From an uncultured Ignavibacteriales bacterium (GTDB lineage Bacteria; Zixibacteria; MSB-5A5; GN15; JAAZOE01), in NCBI GenBank assembly GCA_964611355.1, contig CAZSYD010000013.1, forward strand, positions 1 through 57,243: 57,243 nucleotides of DNA, written 5' to 3'. Position 1 is the first letter of the stretch. The number at the start of each line of letters is the position of its first letter. A model generated the notes under the pieces. That model searched no databases. It had not been told where the DNA came from and worked only from the letters and a program-made list of their open reading frames with translations. Of the stretch, positions 29,990 to 39,597 are shown piece by piece. Both the position numbers and the translations under genes were made by a program.

Positions 29990-31387
29990 TCATCTATCTT
30001 GTTGCCGGTGAGGAGATTTCGGGGTTCGCGTAATCAGGAAAATAATAACCGATACGGTTAGCCCGATATATATCGGTTCAATGCCCAAAAGATACCCGCC
30101 GGAGCCGATCAGGCGGTGATAAAGCAGGGCGGATACAGTGATGAGCGACGAAAGCAAAATCGACAGGAACGCGCCCGGATTCGAATATTTGTATTTCCCC
30201 CAATAAGAGGTAAGCAATGGCAGAAGCAACGCAGATGTTCCGACTGAACCGAAATCGTGCCAGATGCCGACCACGGAATTGGATGAAATCGCGATTAGAA
30301 TAGTGGCCGCCGAGGAGATAATCAGCCCGAGGGCGGTGTAATATTTGAACCTGCTCTCTTCGAATCTCCTGAAACGCCAGATAAGATCGTGGCTGATAGT
30401 GGTCGCGGCCAAAAACATATATGAATCGACCGTCGACATGATCGTGGCCAGAAGAGAGAGCAGGAAAATGCCCAAAAGCCCGGCCGGTAAAAGTTTCATA
30501 GCCATGGCCGGATAAGCGGCTACCGGGTTTTCCAGTTCAGGCAGGAGAGCCCGGGCATACAGACCGCAACTGGTGGTCATAAAATCGAAAAATATCCAGA
30601 AAAGGATTGATACAAGGATACCTCTCCGGGCGACACGTACTGACCGGGCGGCAAAGCAACGCTGGTAAAAGGCCGGTTCGACCAGTGTCGCCAGTGCGAT
30701 TACGTACCAGAGGGCGATATACCCGATCGAATTGCCGCCGGATGCCGTAAAATGCCCGGATGGCACGTTTTCGCGCAGGTATTCCAATCCCCCAAGGCTG
30801 GTAACGGCGGTCAGCAACAGAACGCCAAACCCGATGAACATCAACGTAAACTGAATCAGGTCGGTTCGGATCACCGCTCGAAATCCGCCGGTCATTACGT
30901 AGAAGACTGAAAAAACCGTCCCCAAAATAATCCCGACCCAGACAGGGAGATTAAAAAAAAGATTGACCAGCACTCCGATCATGAGCACGTAGGCTACCGG
31001 CAGGGTAATAATAATTAAAACCGTTGACCCGGCTACGGTCGCAGCCGGGCCGTAGAATTTAGAGAGCCGGTCGGGGATGGTCATCTCCGTCGAGCGGCGG
31101 GCGCGTTCGGCAAGAAAAAGAGCGAATATCGCGGCCGCCAGGTAATACGGAACGCCGAAGACCAGCCAGTTGGACAAGCCGAATCGGTAGGTAAATTCGC
31201 CTACGCCGAGGATGCCGCCGTACCACGTGGAAACCAGCGTGGCGACAAAGGCCGGAAGGGTTAACTGCCTTCCGGCCAGAATCAGGTTTTCGCCGTCGAT
31301 TTCTTTCCGCCTTATTCCCCTGACGGCGACGACGAAAAGAAATACCAGGTAAAGAGCAATCAGCGTCAGGTCAGGCCATTCGATCAT
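29990..31387 (-). CDS. Sodium:solute symporter family protein, probably thiamine or thiamine-precursor uptake
   Basis: LAGRQL, TWYGG, GGFRAVIRTD.IQF, YQRCFAA, ATIMSTVDS. Coupled to the TonB receptor under TPP riboswitches. Confidence 0.9.
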   Translation of the reverse strand: MIEWPDLTLIALYLVFLFVVAVRGIRRKEIDGENLILAGRQLTLPAFVATLVSTWYGGILGVGEFTYRFGLSNWLVFGVPYYLAAAIFALFLAERARRSTEMTIPDRLSKFYGPAATVAGSTVLIIITLPVAYVLMIGVLVNLFFNLPVWVGIILGTVFSVFYVMTGGFRAVIRTDLIQFTLMFIGFGVLLLTAVTSLGGLEYLRENVPSGHFTASGGNSIGYIALWYVIALATLVEPAFYQRCFAARSVRVARRGILVSILFWIFFDFMTTSCGLYARALLPELENPVAAYPAMAMKLLPAGLLGIFLLSLLATIMSTVDSYMFLAATTISHDLIWRFRRFEESRFKYYTALGLIISSAATILIAISSNSVVGIWHDFGSVGTSALLLPLLTSYWGKYKYSNPGAFLSILLSSLITVSALLYHRLIGSGGYLLGIEPIYIGLTVSVIIFLITRTPKSPHRQQDR

Positions 31388-33843
31388 TTAACCGCCAGCT
31401 TGAGATTGACGAACCAGTTTCGTTCCGCAGCCGGCCAGTAGTAAAAGTAATCGCCCCATCGGTAACCACAGGTTTCATATTGCTTATCGAATAAGTTGTC
31501 GATGCGTCCCTCGAGAGTAATATCTGCGCCGCCAAACACGGAGCCCAGGCGTATAATTCCCTTGATTGAGGATACGGTATACGGATCGATTGAAATGTCT
31601 TTGCCCGAAGACGTATAGCGGCCGTCATAAGAGATAAACTGCCGACCAACCGTACGAAGCCGATAGACTAATCGCAGGGAACCATAGGTATAGTCCAGGA
31701 TGAAGTTACCGAGGTGCTTGGGGAAATTCGGTACTGCTACGTTGCGATGCTTGATAATGGTCGTGTCTCCCGTATCCGCGTCGTAGTCGATGATCTGGTT
31801 GTAATCCTTGATCAGGTTGTCATTAGCGGCGTAGTTCCCCTCGAACGTCAGGTCGGGCAGGATCCTGTAGTTCCAAGCCAGTTCGATCCCGCGATGAACT
31901 GACCGGTTGGCATTCCCGTAGGTAGGAAAACCGTCGTCGGTCAAGCCGCCATCGGGGACGATCTCATTACGGTATTCCATCCAGAACAGGTTAATGTCCG
32001 TCGCTATATTGGTGGTTTTGTAATTGGCTCCAATTTCGAAGTCGTAGAGTCGTTCCGGGTCGACCAATGGTTCTCCGTAAACAACCGGTATCACCGAATC
32101 GTCGATGACCTCCAGGCGCGGTTTCGTGGATGGATCATTGGCATCGTCAATCATATCGTCGTTGGGGTCGTGCGAGGCGATTGAGAAGCCGGCCATGACC
32201 GACCAGGTATCGGTCGGGGAATATGTTGCACCAATACGAGGCGATAAAAACAGCCAGTCCACGCTGTAATCCCGGGCTTCGTACGGTGCAATCGGTGATT
32301 GGTTGATATCTTTACGGATATAGCGCGCATGGAGTTGACCGCTCAGGGTCAGGCGGTCGCCGATCTGTTGAAGCCGGGAACCGTAAGCCGAGATATTGTT
32401 GTATTTCCCGAAGTACTCGTAATACCGTTTCGGGGTATTGATATTGCGCATTGAAGGTGATAAAGCCTCGGCCCAGATTACCTCGCCCCAGTGTTCCGAT
32501 TCAAAATGGTAGTATGATCCTCCCACGGTGCTCTGGTGGCGTGCGCCTTCATAGATGGCCCGGCTGTTAAGTCCCAGCTGCCATTTGCCGACCCACTTTC
32601 GGCGGACAAGGTCGCTGTAATCGTCCTGATTGTCCGACAGGCCATATGAGTAAAGTTGAGCTCCGGATCGAAGCTGTTCGTAGTATCCCTTCCCTCGAAT
32701 ATGGTAAATTGTATTATTCAGCGTCAGGTGGTCGGTAACATTGCAGATATTGTGCAATTCGACATGCGGCTGGTTGAAATTATCGGTTTCATTGTCGTAT
32801 TGATAAGGATTGTAGCGCCGGTTGGTTTCCAGCGTGGCTAGGTCGATTCCATCCCAGGCGGCGTGGGTTCTCATCGGGCCACCGTAGATGTTGAGGGTGG
32901 TAATCAGATCCGGATCAAGTCGACCGATCATCAGGTAATAGACCGTTCCGTCATACCACGATTTTTCCCGGTAGCCGTCTGAGTATTGATCGGCCCAGCG
33001 GCCCGATAGAGACCAACCGCCATCAAGCAAACCGGTTGAATACGATACTGATGATTTTCGCATGATTCCGACCGTTTCGTTTCCCTGCAAAAAGCCGCCA
33101 TATCCGAATTCAGTAACGAATTGCCGTTCATACGCGAGGGGACTGGTTAATATATTGATTGAGCCGCCGAAGGCGGCATCGCCGTAGGGAGCGTTGCCAA
33201 TGCCGCGCTGCACCTGGATATTCTCGGCGTGCGAGGCGAAATCCGGTAGATCAACGAAATACAGGGCGTGGTCTTCAGGATCGTTGAGCGGTACGCTGTT
33301 AATATAAACCGGCGATCGGCGGGCATCAAACCCGCGCAGCTTGAGGTAACTGTAGCCAAGCCCTCCCCCGGCATCCGAGAAGGAATACAGGTTGGGCGTC
33401 ATTTCCAGGAGGGCCGGTACTTCGCCAATGTCGTAATCCCGTTCAATATGTTCCCGTCCGATGGTGGCTTGCGCAACGGGGTTTACGCCTTCCTGCGCCC
33501 GCCCGGCGGTGACGGTAATCCCCTGCATCGGGTAAACCTGCCGTTTGAGAACAACTGCCGGCATTTTTTCGCCGGGCCTGACGCGCACCGTGCGCGGAAT
33601 GTATCCGGCGTGAGTAAAAATCAGGTTGGCCGGTTCGATACTTTTGAGGCTGACGCTGAATCTGCCTTCGTCGTCGGTCCGGGCCGATCGCTCTATGCCG
33701 CCGGACTGAATATTCACTTGGCTGATCGGCTGCCCGTTCTCATTGAGTACCTGTCCCGTGATTATATTCCGGGCCAAAAGTTCAGGGCAGGCGATCAACA
33801 CCAAAAGAAGAACCGGCAGGATCGTTGTACCGATCCGTTTCAT
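31384..33843 (-). CDS. TonB-dependent receptor (thiamine-regulated)
   Basis: Signal peptide, N-terminal carboxypeptidase-regulatory-like domain, plug (LRGFD...PLNDPED, IQVQRG, GGSINI), C-terminal NLFDKQY...RNWFV. AAAGGAG RBS before ATG 33843. Confidence 0.93.
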   Translation of the reverse strand: MKRIGTTILPVLLLVLIACPELLARNIITGQVLNENGQPISQVNIQSGGIERSARTDDEGRFSVSLKSIEPANLIFTHAGYIPRTVRVRPGEKMPAVVLKRQVYPMQGITVTAGRAQEGVNPVAQATIGREHIERDYDIGEVPALLEMTPNLYSFSDAGGGLGYSYLKLRGFDARRSPVYINSVPLNDPEDHALYFVDLPDFASHAENIQVQRGIGNAPYGDAAFGGSINILTSPLAYERQFVTEFGYGGFLQGNETVGIMRKSSVSYSTGLLDGGWSLSGRWADQYSDGYREKSWYDGTVYYLMIGRLDPDLITTLNIYGGPMRTHAAWDGIDLATLETNRRYNPYQYDNETDNFNQPHVELHNICNVTDHLTLNNTIYHIRGKGYYEQLRSGAQLYSYGLSDNQDDYSDLVRRKWVGKWQLGLNSRAIYEGARHQSTVGGSYYHFESEHWGEVIWAEALSPSMRNINTPKRYYEYFGKYNNISAYGSRLQQIGDRLTLSGQLHARYIRKDINQSPIAPYEARDYSVDWLFLSPRIGATYSPTDTWSVMAGFSIASHDPNDDMIDDANDPSTKPRLEVIDDSVIPVVYGEPLVDPERLYDFEIGANYKTTNIATDINLFWMEYRNEIVPDGGLTDDGFPTYGNANRSVHRGIELAWNYRILPDLTFEGNYAANDNLIKDYNQIIDYDADTGDTTIIKHRNVAVPNFPKHLGNFILDYTYGSLRLVYRLRTVGRQFISYDGRYTSSGKDISIDPYTVSSIKGIIRLGSVFGGADITLEGRIDNLFDKQYETCGYRWGDYFYYWPAAERNWFVNLKLAVK

Positions 33844-33938
33844 GGTAAACTCCTTTCTGAGCGTGAACGCCGACCGGATAAGAGGCAACGCCTCCTGATG
33901 GTGAAGAAAGTGAGTAAGGCTGGAGTCAAGATCGCCTA

Positions 33939-34018
33939 ATCCATTTTCCTACGCCGGTATTATCCGGATCAGGTTCAGGGGGTATAATCTCAGGCTCACC
34001 GTAGCCACCCCCACGGAT
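33939..34018 (-). ncRNA. TPP riboswitch aptamer 2 (gene-proximal)
   Basis: Minus strand CCGTGGGGGTGGC...CCTGAGATTATACCCCCTGAACCTGATCCGGATAATACCGGCGTAGGAAAATGG, with conserved CUGAGA, ACCUGAUC, UAAU and GCGNAGG. Confidence 0.95.
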
Positions 34019-34032
34019 TAAAGTCTAAATAG

Positions 34033-34074
34033 AAAAACCGCCTGCCGGGTAGGGGAGGGAGCGACGACAGGCGG
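34033..34074 (-). terminator. Intrinsic terminator, expression platform of TPP aptamer 1
   Basis: Minus strand CCGCCTGTCG...CGGCAGGCGG followed by TTTTT. Confidence 0.8.
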
Positions 34075-34091
34075 CTTGAATGAAATCTGCC

Positions 34092-34169
34092 AACCGTTTT
34101 CCTCCGCCGGCATTACCCGGATCAGGTTCGGGGGTGTAATCTCAGGCCTTTGGGCCACCCCCAACGGTT
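34092..34169 (-). ncRNA. TPP riboswitch aptamer 1 (promoter-proximal)
   Basis: Minus strand AACCGTTGGGGGTGGCC...CCTGAGATTACACCCCCGAACCTGATCCGGGTAATGCCGGCGGAGGAAAACGGTT; P1 = AACCGTT/AACGGTT. Confidence 0.95.
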
Positions 34170-34289
34170 TTTCCATTGTTGTTACATACGAGAATAAAAG
34201 ATATATTAAAAAACAAAATTGGCAAGCAAAATATTGTAAAAAAGCGGTGGCCGGCATAAATTCCAACGTTGGATAAAATGGCGTTAATT

Positions 34290-35954
34290 ATGGCGGTAAA
34301 GAGAACCATTTGCAGGCTTCTGGCCTGCATCGCATTTCTTTTGACCTGCGCCCCGGCATCGGGGCAGCCGATCGATATTTCCGATGTGGAAATTGATCGG
34401 TTCCTAACCTTTTCGTTTCAGTATGATTATACACAAGTTAAAGATGAAGCCTCGCTGCGCGATCTTATTGACGCTCTCGACTATCAACTGGCCGTGATCG
34501 ATTACCGTCAGCGCAGGGAGTTTATCACGCCGGGGACCGATTCCCTGATAAATCGCCGATTCAAGAACCGGCTCGAAGAACGGTATCGTGAACTGCTGCG
34601 TGACGGTTTTTTGTTTCAGAAGCTTGGCCAGTGGAAGGAGAAAACGGATAATCGGGTAAACCGCGCTTTTATTGATTTACTCATGGCTCGCCGCGAAGAA
34701 CTTCTCGTTGAGCCGGGTGAAATATGGAAGATGCGACAACTGGCGGAAAGAATAGCCGACCGACTCTATAAATTTCACTTTCGCGTGGGAGACAAAATCT
34801 ACAGCGCCTCCCAGGCCGCGGAGATAATTGAAGCCGGGGCCGATCCCGAACTGGCCCGGATACTGTTTCAACGGCAAAACGATTCGGCGGCGGTACTGGC
34901 CCGGGACGCCGCGCGGCTTTATTTCATGTATAATCGTCTTGGCGAGCGGTTCGGTCACCGCAGTTCCTTTGACCATACCTTGTCGCGTCTTTCATTCCGA
35001 AAGCCGGAATGGTTCGCCATTGCCGGGGAATTGAAGGAAGCGACCGAGGCGGAAATGCAAAAGTGCCTTGCGGTTCTTCGGGAGGAAAGCGGGCGGGATG
35101 ATTTGACCCTTTACGAGGCCGAGCAGCTTTTGCGTGAAGGCGCCGTTTTGCCGGATGAGTATTTCCCGCGCGATCAATGCGACTCGGCCGTAAATAATCT
35201 TCTAACCGGTCTTGGCCTCGAATCGCTTGCCAACAGGTTGCATATTCGTGCCGTCGATTCCGGTTCGGTTCCGACTCTGGCGATCAAGCTGTATCCTCCT
35301 TATGATAACATCCTGATAAAAGATAACCGGGGAGGTTTTGCCTGTTACCGCAGGCTGGCGTCGGAGGTCGGCCGAAGCCTCCCCTGGGTTTTTGCCGATA
35401 GTTCGCTTCCATACCTGTTGCGGGATTATCCGCCGGGAACCGAGGAGATGCTGACCTCTCTCTTTGAAGATTTGGCGCTTAATACCACCTTTTTTTCCGA
35501 TAATTTTTCCGTACCGGTCGAAGAACTAAATCGCTTCGAAAAATATAACCGGTGGCTGACGGTTTATCGTATCCGCCAGGTGCTGCTTTACTTTTTCTTT
35601 GATTACTACCTTGCCGAAGGGAAATCGTCCGACCCGGCGACGCTTTACTGGTCGCTGGAGAAGTCGCTTATGAGAAACAGCGACAGCTCATATCACTGGA
35701 TAGAAACCGTTCTTACCGGCTCGCTGGAAAGATACCCCGCGTGGCTGGCCCATATATTCAGCCGCCTGAAGATAGAGGAGATTCTTTTCCGGAAATTCGG
35801 TGAAGATTGGGCCGCCGACCCACGGTCTGGCCGGTTCCTTATCGATAGATTCTGCCTCCCCGGACGAAGCCAAACGCTGGAGGAGTTTATCTCCGAACAT
35901 GCCCTGGACAGGCTGTCGGTTCTCGATATTAAAAGGCAGTTGAAACTGGAGTAA
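34290..35954 (+). CDS. Exported M3/M2-type (gluzincin) peptidase-like protein lacking zinc ligands
   Basis: Signal peptide. LASEVGRSL occupies the position of L.HE.GH.L; the C-terminus G.FL...F..PGRS.T.EE.I resembles M3-like oligopeptidases. Confidence 0.55.
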   Translation: MAVKRTICRLLACIAFLLTCAPASGQPIDISDVEIDRFLTFSFQYDYTQVKDEASLRDLIDALDYQLAVIDYRQRREFITPGTDSLINRRFKNRLEERYRELLRDGFLFQKLGQWKEKTDNRVNRAFIDLLMARREELLVEPGEIWKMRQLAERIADRLYKFHFRVGDKIYSASQAAEIIEAGADPELARILFQRQNDSAAVLARDAARLYFMYNRLGERFGHRSSFDHTLSRLSFRKPEWFAIAGELKEATEAEMQKCLAVLREESGRDDLTLYEAEQLLREGAVLPDEYFPRDQCDSAVNNLLTGLGLESLANRLHIRAVDSGSVPTLAIKLYPPYDNILIKDNRGGFACYRRLASEVGRSLPWVFADSSLPYLLRDYPPGTEEMLTSLFEDLALNTTFFSDNFSVPVEELNRFEKYNRWLTVYRIRQVLLYFFFDYYLAEGKSSDPATLYWSLEKSLMRNSDSSYHWIETVLTGSLERYPAWLAHIFSRLKIEEILFRKFGEDWAADPRSGRFLIDRFCLPGRSQTLEEFISEHALDRLSVLDIKRQLKLE

Positions 35955-35969
35955 TAGGAAGGCGCAACT

Positions 35970-36842
35970 CTACACGGCCGCGCTTTGATGCAGCTTTCTT
36001 TCGGTTTCGAACTGTGGTTCCAGACGGTTTTTGATCTGTTCCAGCCTGTCGGTATCGAGTTCAAGAGTGCCTGCTGAAGGAAGAAGCGACAGGTCGGCCA
36101 TTTTGAAGTCGTTAAATCCGATTTTGAGATTCTTGGCCATGTAATTGGCCAGATTGATAATAAACGCCAAGGGGATTGGTTTTTCTCCGGCATCAATCGG
36201 GTGATGGTGTTCGAAAACGGCGTTGCTCAACACCCGTGGGAAGGCCCACTTGTGAAGAAGTAAAAGGCCGACATCCGTGTGGTTGAAACCGAACTTTTCT
36301 TCCTCAACATCGATGAACTTGGCGCCTTTTTCTTCTACCGTCCGGATCACCTGATTGTAATCGTCGTAAAGTTTCTGGCTTAAAACCAGTTTGCCGATGT
36401 CGTGCATAAGTCCGCAGATGAAAGCCTCTTCGGAATTCGGATGTCCGATGTCCTCGGCTATAAGGCGGGAAGCCAGCGCAGTTGCAAGCGCGTGTTCCCA
36501 GAGCTTAACCCGGAATTCCTCGTTGGCGATATTTTGATAGAGGGCATGGGTCGAGGTGGCCACTGCCAGCGAGCGGAGGGTTTTGAAACCGAGAAGGACG
36601 ACGGCTTCTCTGAGAGTTCGAACTTCCTTGGCGCGGCCGTAGAAAGACGAATTGGAAAGCTTCAACAGCTTGGCGGCCAATGACTGATCGGCCATTATCG
36701 TCTCACAGATTATATCGATATTGATATTGACGTTGGTCGTCAGATTCATCAGGGAGGAAACGATAGCCGGTGAAGCCGGAAGATCGCCGACCGAAGAGAT
36801 AACCCTGTCCAGCGTTCGGTTCGATTGCAGTAATTTTTCCAT
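35970..36842 (-). CDS. HDOD domain protein
   Basis: LPASP, D..LAAKLLKLSNSSFYG, LWEHA, GLMHDIGKL, HTDVG..L..KW.FP. Confidence 0.92.
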   Translation of the reverse strand: MEKLLQSNRTLDRVISSVGDLPASPAIVSSLMNLTTNVNINIDIICETIMADQSLAAKLLKLSNSSFYGRAKEVRTLREAVVLLGFKTLRSLAVATSTHALYQNIANEEFRVKLWEHALATALASRLIAEDIGHPNSEEAFICGLMHDIGKLVLSQKLYDDYNQVIRTVEEKGAKFIDVEEEKFGFNHTDVGLLLLHKWAFPRVLSNAVFEHHHPIDAGEKPIPLAFIINLANYMAKNLKIGFNDFKMADLSLLPSAGTLELDTDRLEQIKNRLEPQFETERKLHQSAAV

Positions 36843-37027
36843 TTACTTAGCGGCTGCCTTTCAAGATGAAGGGGCTTCGTTAGCAATAACAACAACTTGA
36901 TCCCGTTTTCCGCCTGTGCGCCTATAAGGCTCCTCTATTGTATTCGGAAGGTCGAAGAGGAATTTTATGCGTTTTTTGATTGATTCTCGAAAAGATGGTG
37001 TGCGGGGGGCCGCCGGTCGAAGTATAT

Positions 37028-38062
37028 TTATTCGGTTTTTTTGAGAATTCTCTTTAGTTTCTTTTCCTGTCGTCTCCGGGTATCTTCAGGTATCGGGCAT
37101 GTGCGCATCTCCTCCCGGAGCCTGGTCAGTCTTTCGCGATAATCGGGATTTTTTTCACCCAGTTTACGATAACACACGCTAAGATAACAGGCCGCTTCAA
37201 TACTGTTGTAATAGTTGCCGGGATTATTTCTCAGGCGGCCTAAAATGGTCTCATATATGTCCGCGGCCAGTTGGCGGTCTCCGATTTCGAACGAGGCTTC
37301 CGCCATCGCCCAGAGGAAAGTTAGGCCGTAAGGATATTTGCGGCGCATCAGATCGGCCAGCCGGATAGCCTGGCCGTACATCTTTTCATTGATATATATC
37401 CAGATCAGGGAAGCCCGGGCGGCATCGGACGATATTTCCGAAGAATCGACCGCCCGCCGCAGAAGATCGATGCCGTTATCCTTTTCTCTCTTAAATAGCG
37501 GAGTCCAGTTTATTAATTTGGTTTTGACCGTTTTCCAGTAGCGGTATGAGCCAAGCCCGAGGGCGATATCGTGAAAGGCGGGATCGATTCGGTATCCTTT
37601 GCCGTAATCATTTCGCGCGGCCAACCCGCCTTTGATGGCCGCCCAGGTACGTCCGGCTCGCGCATTATAAAGCGACCGAAAGGCGTTGGCATGGCCCAGG
37701 CAGAAATAAGCCACGGCCGAGTCGCAGCGCCGATTGAGCATACTTTTGGAATAATTTTCAACCGTATCCAGGACTGCAAAGAACTGCTCTTCCAGAAAAT
37801 CGGATTCGGCCGTCATCATCTGCGACTGGTACAGTACTGCTCGAAAAAGAAACGCCATCGGCCCGTCATAGTCGGATTGTTCAAGGGAATCAATTATTTT
37901 TTCAGCCGCTTCAAATTGATTGTTGTAAATATGGGCCGTGGTTCGATTGAGACAGTCTTTTAAGTCATCAGGGAAGTGCCCCGCAAGGAGAGGGTCAAAT
38001 AGTAAGACAACGGCAATTATATAAATAGTCTTTGAAAAATGAAAACCAATCCGGCGCCGCAT
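37028..38062 (-). CDS. Exported TPR-like helical protein
   Basis: N-terminal hydrophobic segment; TPR-like A-Y-F-x-L-G patterns; D..LGLG.Y.YW. Confidence 0.7.
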   Translation of the reverse strand: MRRRIGFHFSKTIYIIAVVLLFDPLLAGHFPDDLKDCLNRTTAHIYNNQFEAAEKIIDSLEQSDYDGPMAFLFRAVLYQSQMMTAESDFLEEQFFAVLDTVENYSKSMLNRRCDSAVAYFCLGHANAFRSLYNARAGRTWAAIKGGLAARNDYGKGYRIDPAFHDIALGLGSYRYWKTVKTKLINWTPLFKREKDNGIDLLRRAVDSSEISSDAARASLIWIYINEKMYGQAIRLADLMRRKYPYGLTFLWAMAEASFEIGDRQLAADIYETILGRLRNNPGNYYNSIEAACYLSVCYRKLGEKNPDYRERLTRLREEMRTCPIPEDTRRRQEKKLKRILKKTE

Positions 38063-38118
38063 ATCGGCTAACTACCACATCGACCGGATATTAGCAATTA
38101 TAATCTGGACGGGCCAAC

Positions 38119-38355
38119 CTACCCGGCGGCGTCAATGGCGTCGAGTTGCGCGCGGATTCTGTCTTTTAAGATGCCGTTGTCTTCAACGTTTTGACTTTTA
38201 TTGACAATCAAGGTCTGAAACATTCGCTCAAATTCGTACGTTGCCAGACAGGGACGACAGCTTTTGAGGTGCTTTTCCACCCCGGCCGTTTCGATCCGGC
38301 TGGCCTCTCGGTCGAGAACATCATAGAGAAGCTGCAGCGCCTGCTTGCAATTCAA
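38119..38355 (-). CDS. Zinc-finger anti-sigma factor (zf-HC2 / RsrA-like)
   Basis: MNC...LYDVLD...HLKSCRPC (HxxxCxxC); overlaps the sigma factor stop codon. Confidence 0.9.
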   Translation of the reverse strand: MNCKQALQLLYDVLDREASRIETAGVEKHLKSCRPCLATYEFERMFQTLIVNKSQNVEDNGILKDRIRAQLDAIDAAG

Positions 38356-38933
38356 TTCATTGGCTCCCTGATGTGTCCGCTTCGCAAAGCATATTCCAGA
38401 AGAGATTTTTGCAATAGCTTTCTTCCCCGATAAAGTCTCGATTTAACGGTGCCTATATGGAGACCGGTTATATCGGCGATTTCCCGATACGAAAACCCTT
38501 CCAGGAACGAGAGCACCACCACGAGACGAAAATCCTCGGGAAGCTCGCTGATGGCATTTTGAATATCGTCATCAATTATTTTCGATAAAAACTGCTTTTC
38601 CGGATCGGTTACGCCGTAGTTTTCGGCCAGTTGACCATAGAGGAATCCGTCGTCGATATCCTCAATGGCCACCGATTCCGGCGCTTTTGATCTGGACCGG
38701 TAGTTATTGATGAAAATATTAGTCATTATTTTGAACAGCCATGCTTTGCAGTTGGTTCCTGCTTCAAATTTATCGAAAAACCGGTACGCTTTGAGCATGG
38801 TTTCCTGAACCAGATCCTCGGCATCCGACTCCGATTTGGTCATTCTACTCGCGGTTCGCATGAGCGCATCCAGATGGATTAACGCTTCACGTTCATACCG
38901 TTCGCGGAGCTCTTTTCCTTTCTGCTCCACCAT
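38352..38933 (-). CDS. ECF RNA polymerase sigma factor (SigH/SigR-like)
   Basis: DAEDLVQET, GTNCKAWLFKI..N.FIN.YR, LP..FR, SY.EIA, GTVKSRL.RGR. Confidence 0.95.
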   Translation of the reverse strand: MVEQKGKELRERYEREALIHLDALMRTASRMTKSESDAEDLVQETMLKAYRFFDKFEAGTNCKAWLFKIMTNIFINNYRSRSKAPESVAIEDIDDGFLYGQLAENYGVTDPEKQFLSKIIDDDIQNAISELPEDFRLVVVLSFLEGFSYREIADITGLHIGTVKSRLYRGRKLLQKSLLEYALRSGHIREPMN

Positions 38934-39172
38934 ATTCCCCTCCTGATCAGGGGGAATATCAGCCGATCACCTGTAAAACAGGTGGCCGAACCGATATGTT
39001 CCCCAACCTGGCGTCTTTTTGCCGAACGCGGTCCAGTGCCCGCGAAACGACGGTGTAAACAAAGCAATAAGATGCCCTGTTAAATTTGCCGTGAGAACCT
39101 CATTACCCCAAATCTGTAACCTGTTTTCTCCGTACCTGTAAGGCAATCGAGGCCTGAGTTCTCACCAATATG

Positions 39173-39198
39173 TACAGATTTAGTCCATTTTTGTTTCA
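39173..39198 (-). promoter_or_regulatory. Candidate ECF-sigma autoregulatory promoter
   Basis: Minus strand TGAAAC-N16-TGTA about 240 nt upstream of the sigma start, resembling ECF GAAAC/CGTA promoters. Confidence 0.45.
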
Positions 39199-39597
39199 GG
39201 CTTTTCGGCCAAGAGATGCCTTAAATAAACCTTTTTGACAAAACCCAAGCAGTCTTGCCTTTCCGGCGGCGATAGGTCAACGAGGCGGGGGTTGCCGCTT
39301 ATGGCCGGGAATATATGCCTTCACAGACCTTAATGTGCATGAGTACAGATGGAGCCTGTAGCTGGCATTTCCCATTTATAACTTATACTTGTCTAACCTT
39401 GGTAAAGTTTCACGTAAAAACAGGGCTTCTTATGGGAAACCTTATCCGCATTGAATCTCGAAAACGCCGGGCGCCGTCTTGAAGGCGGTATAATCGATTC
39501 GCCAAAATCGAATAACTGTTTTATGGCAGGTATTACCCGGTTTGCGGCAATTTCACTTGACTAAACATCGCGAATGCGTAATATCCGAAAGATAGTC

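Noticed and set aside
39406..39421. Third parS-like sequence AGTTTCACGTAAAAAC
   Set aside because: Four mismatches to the consensus with one arm broken.
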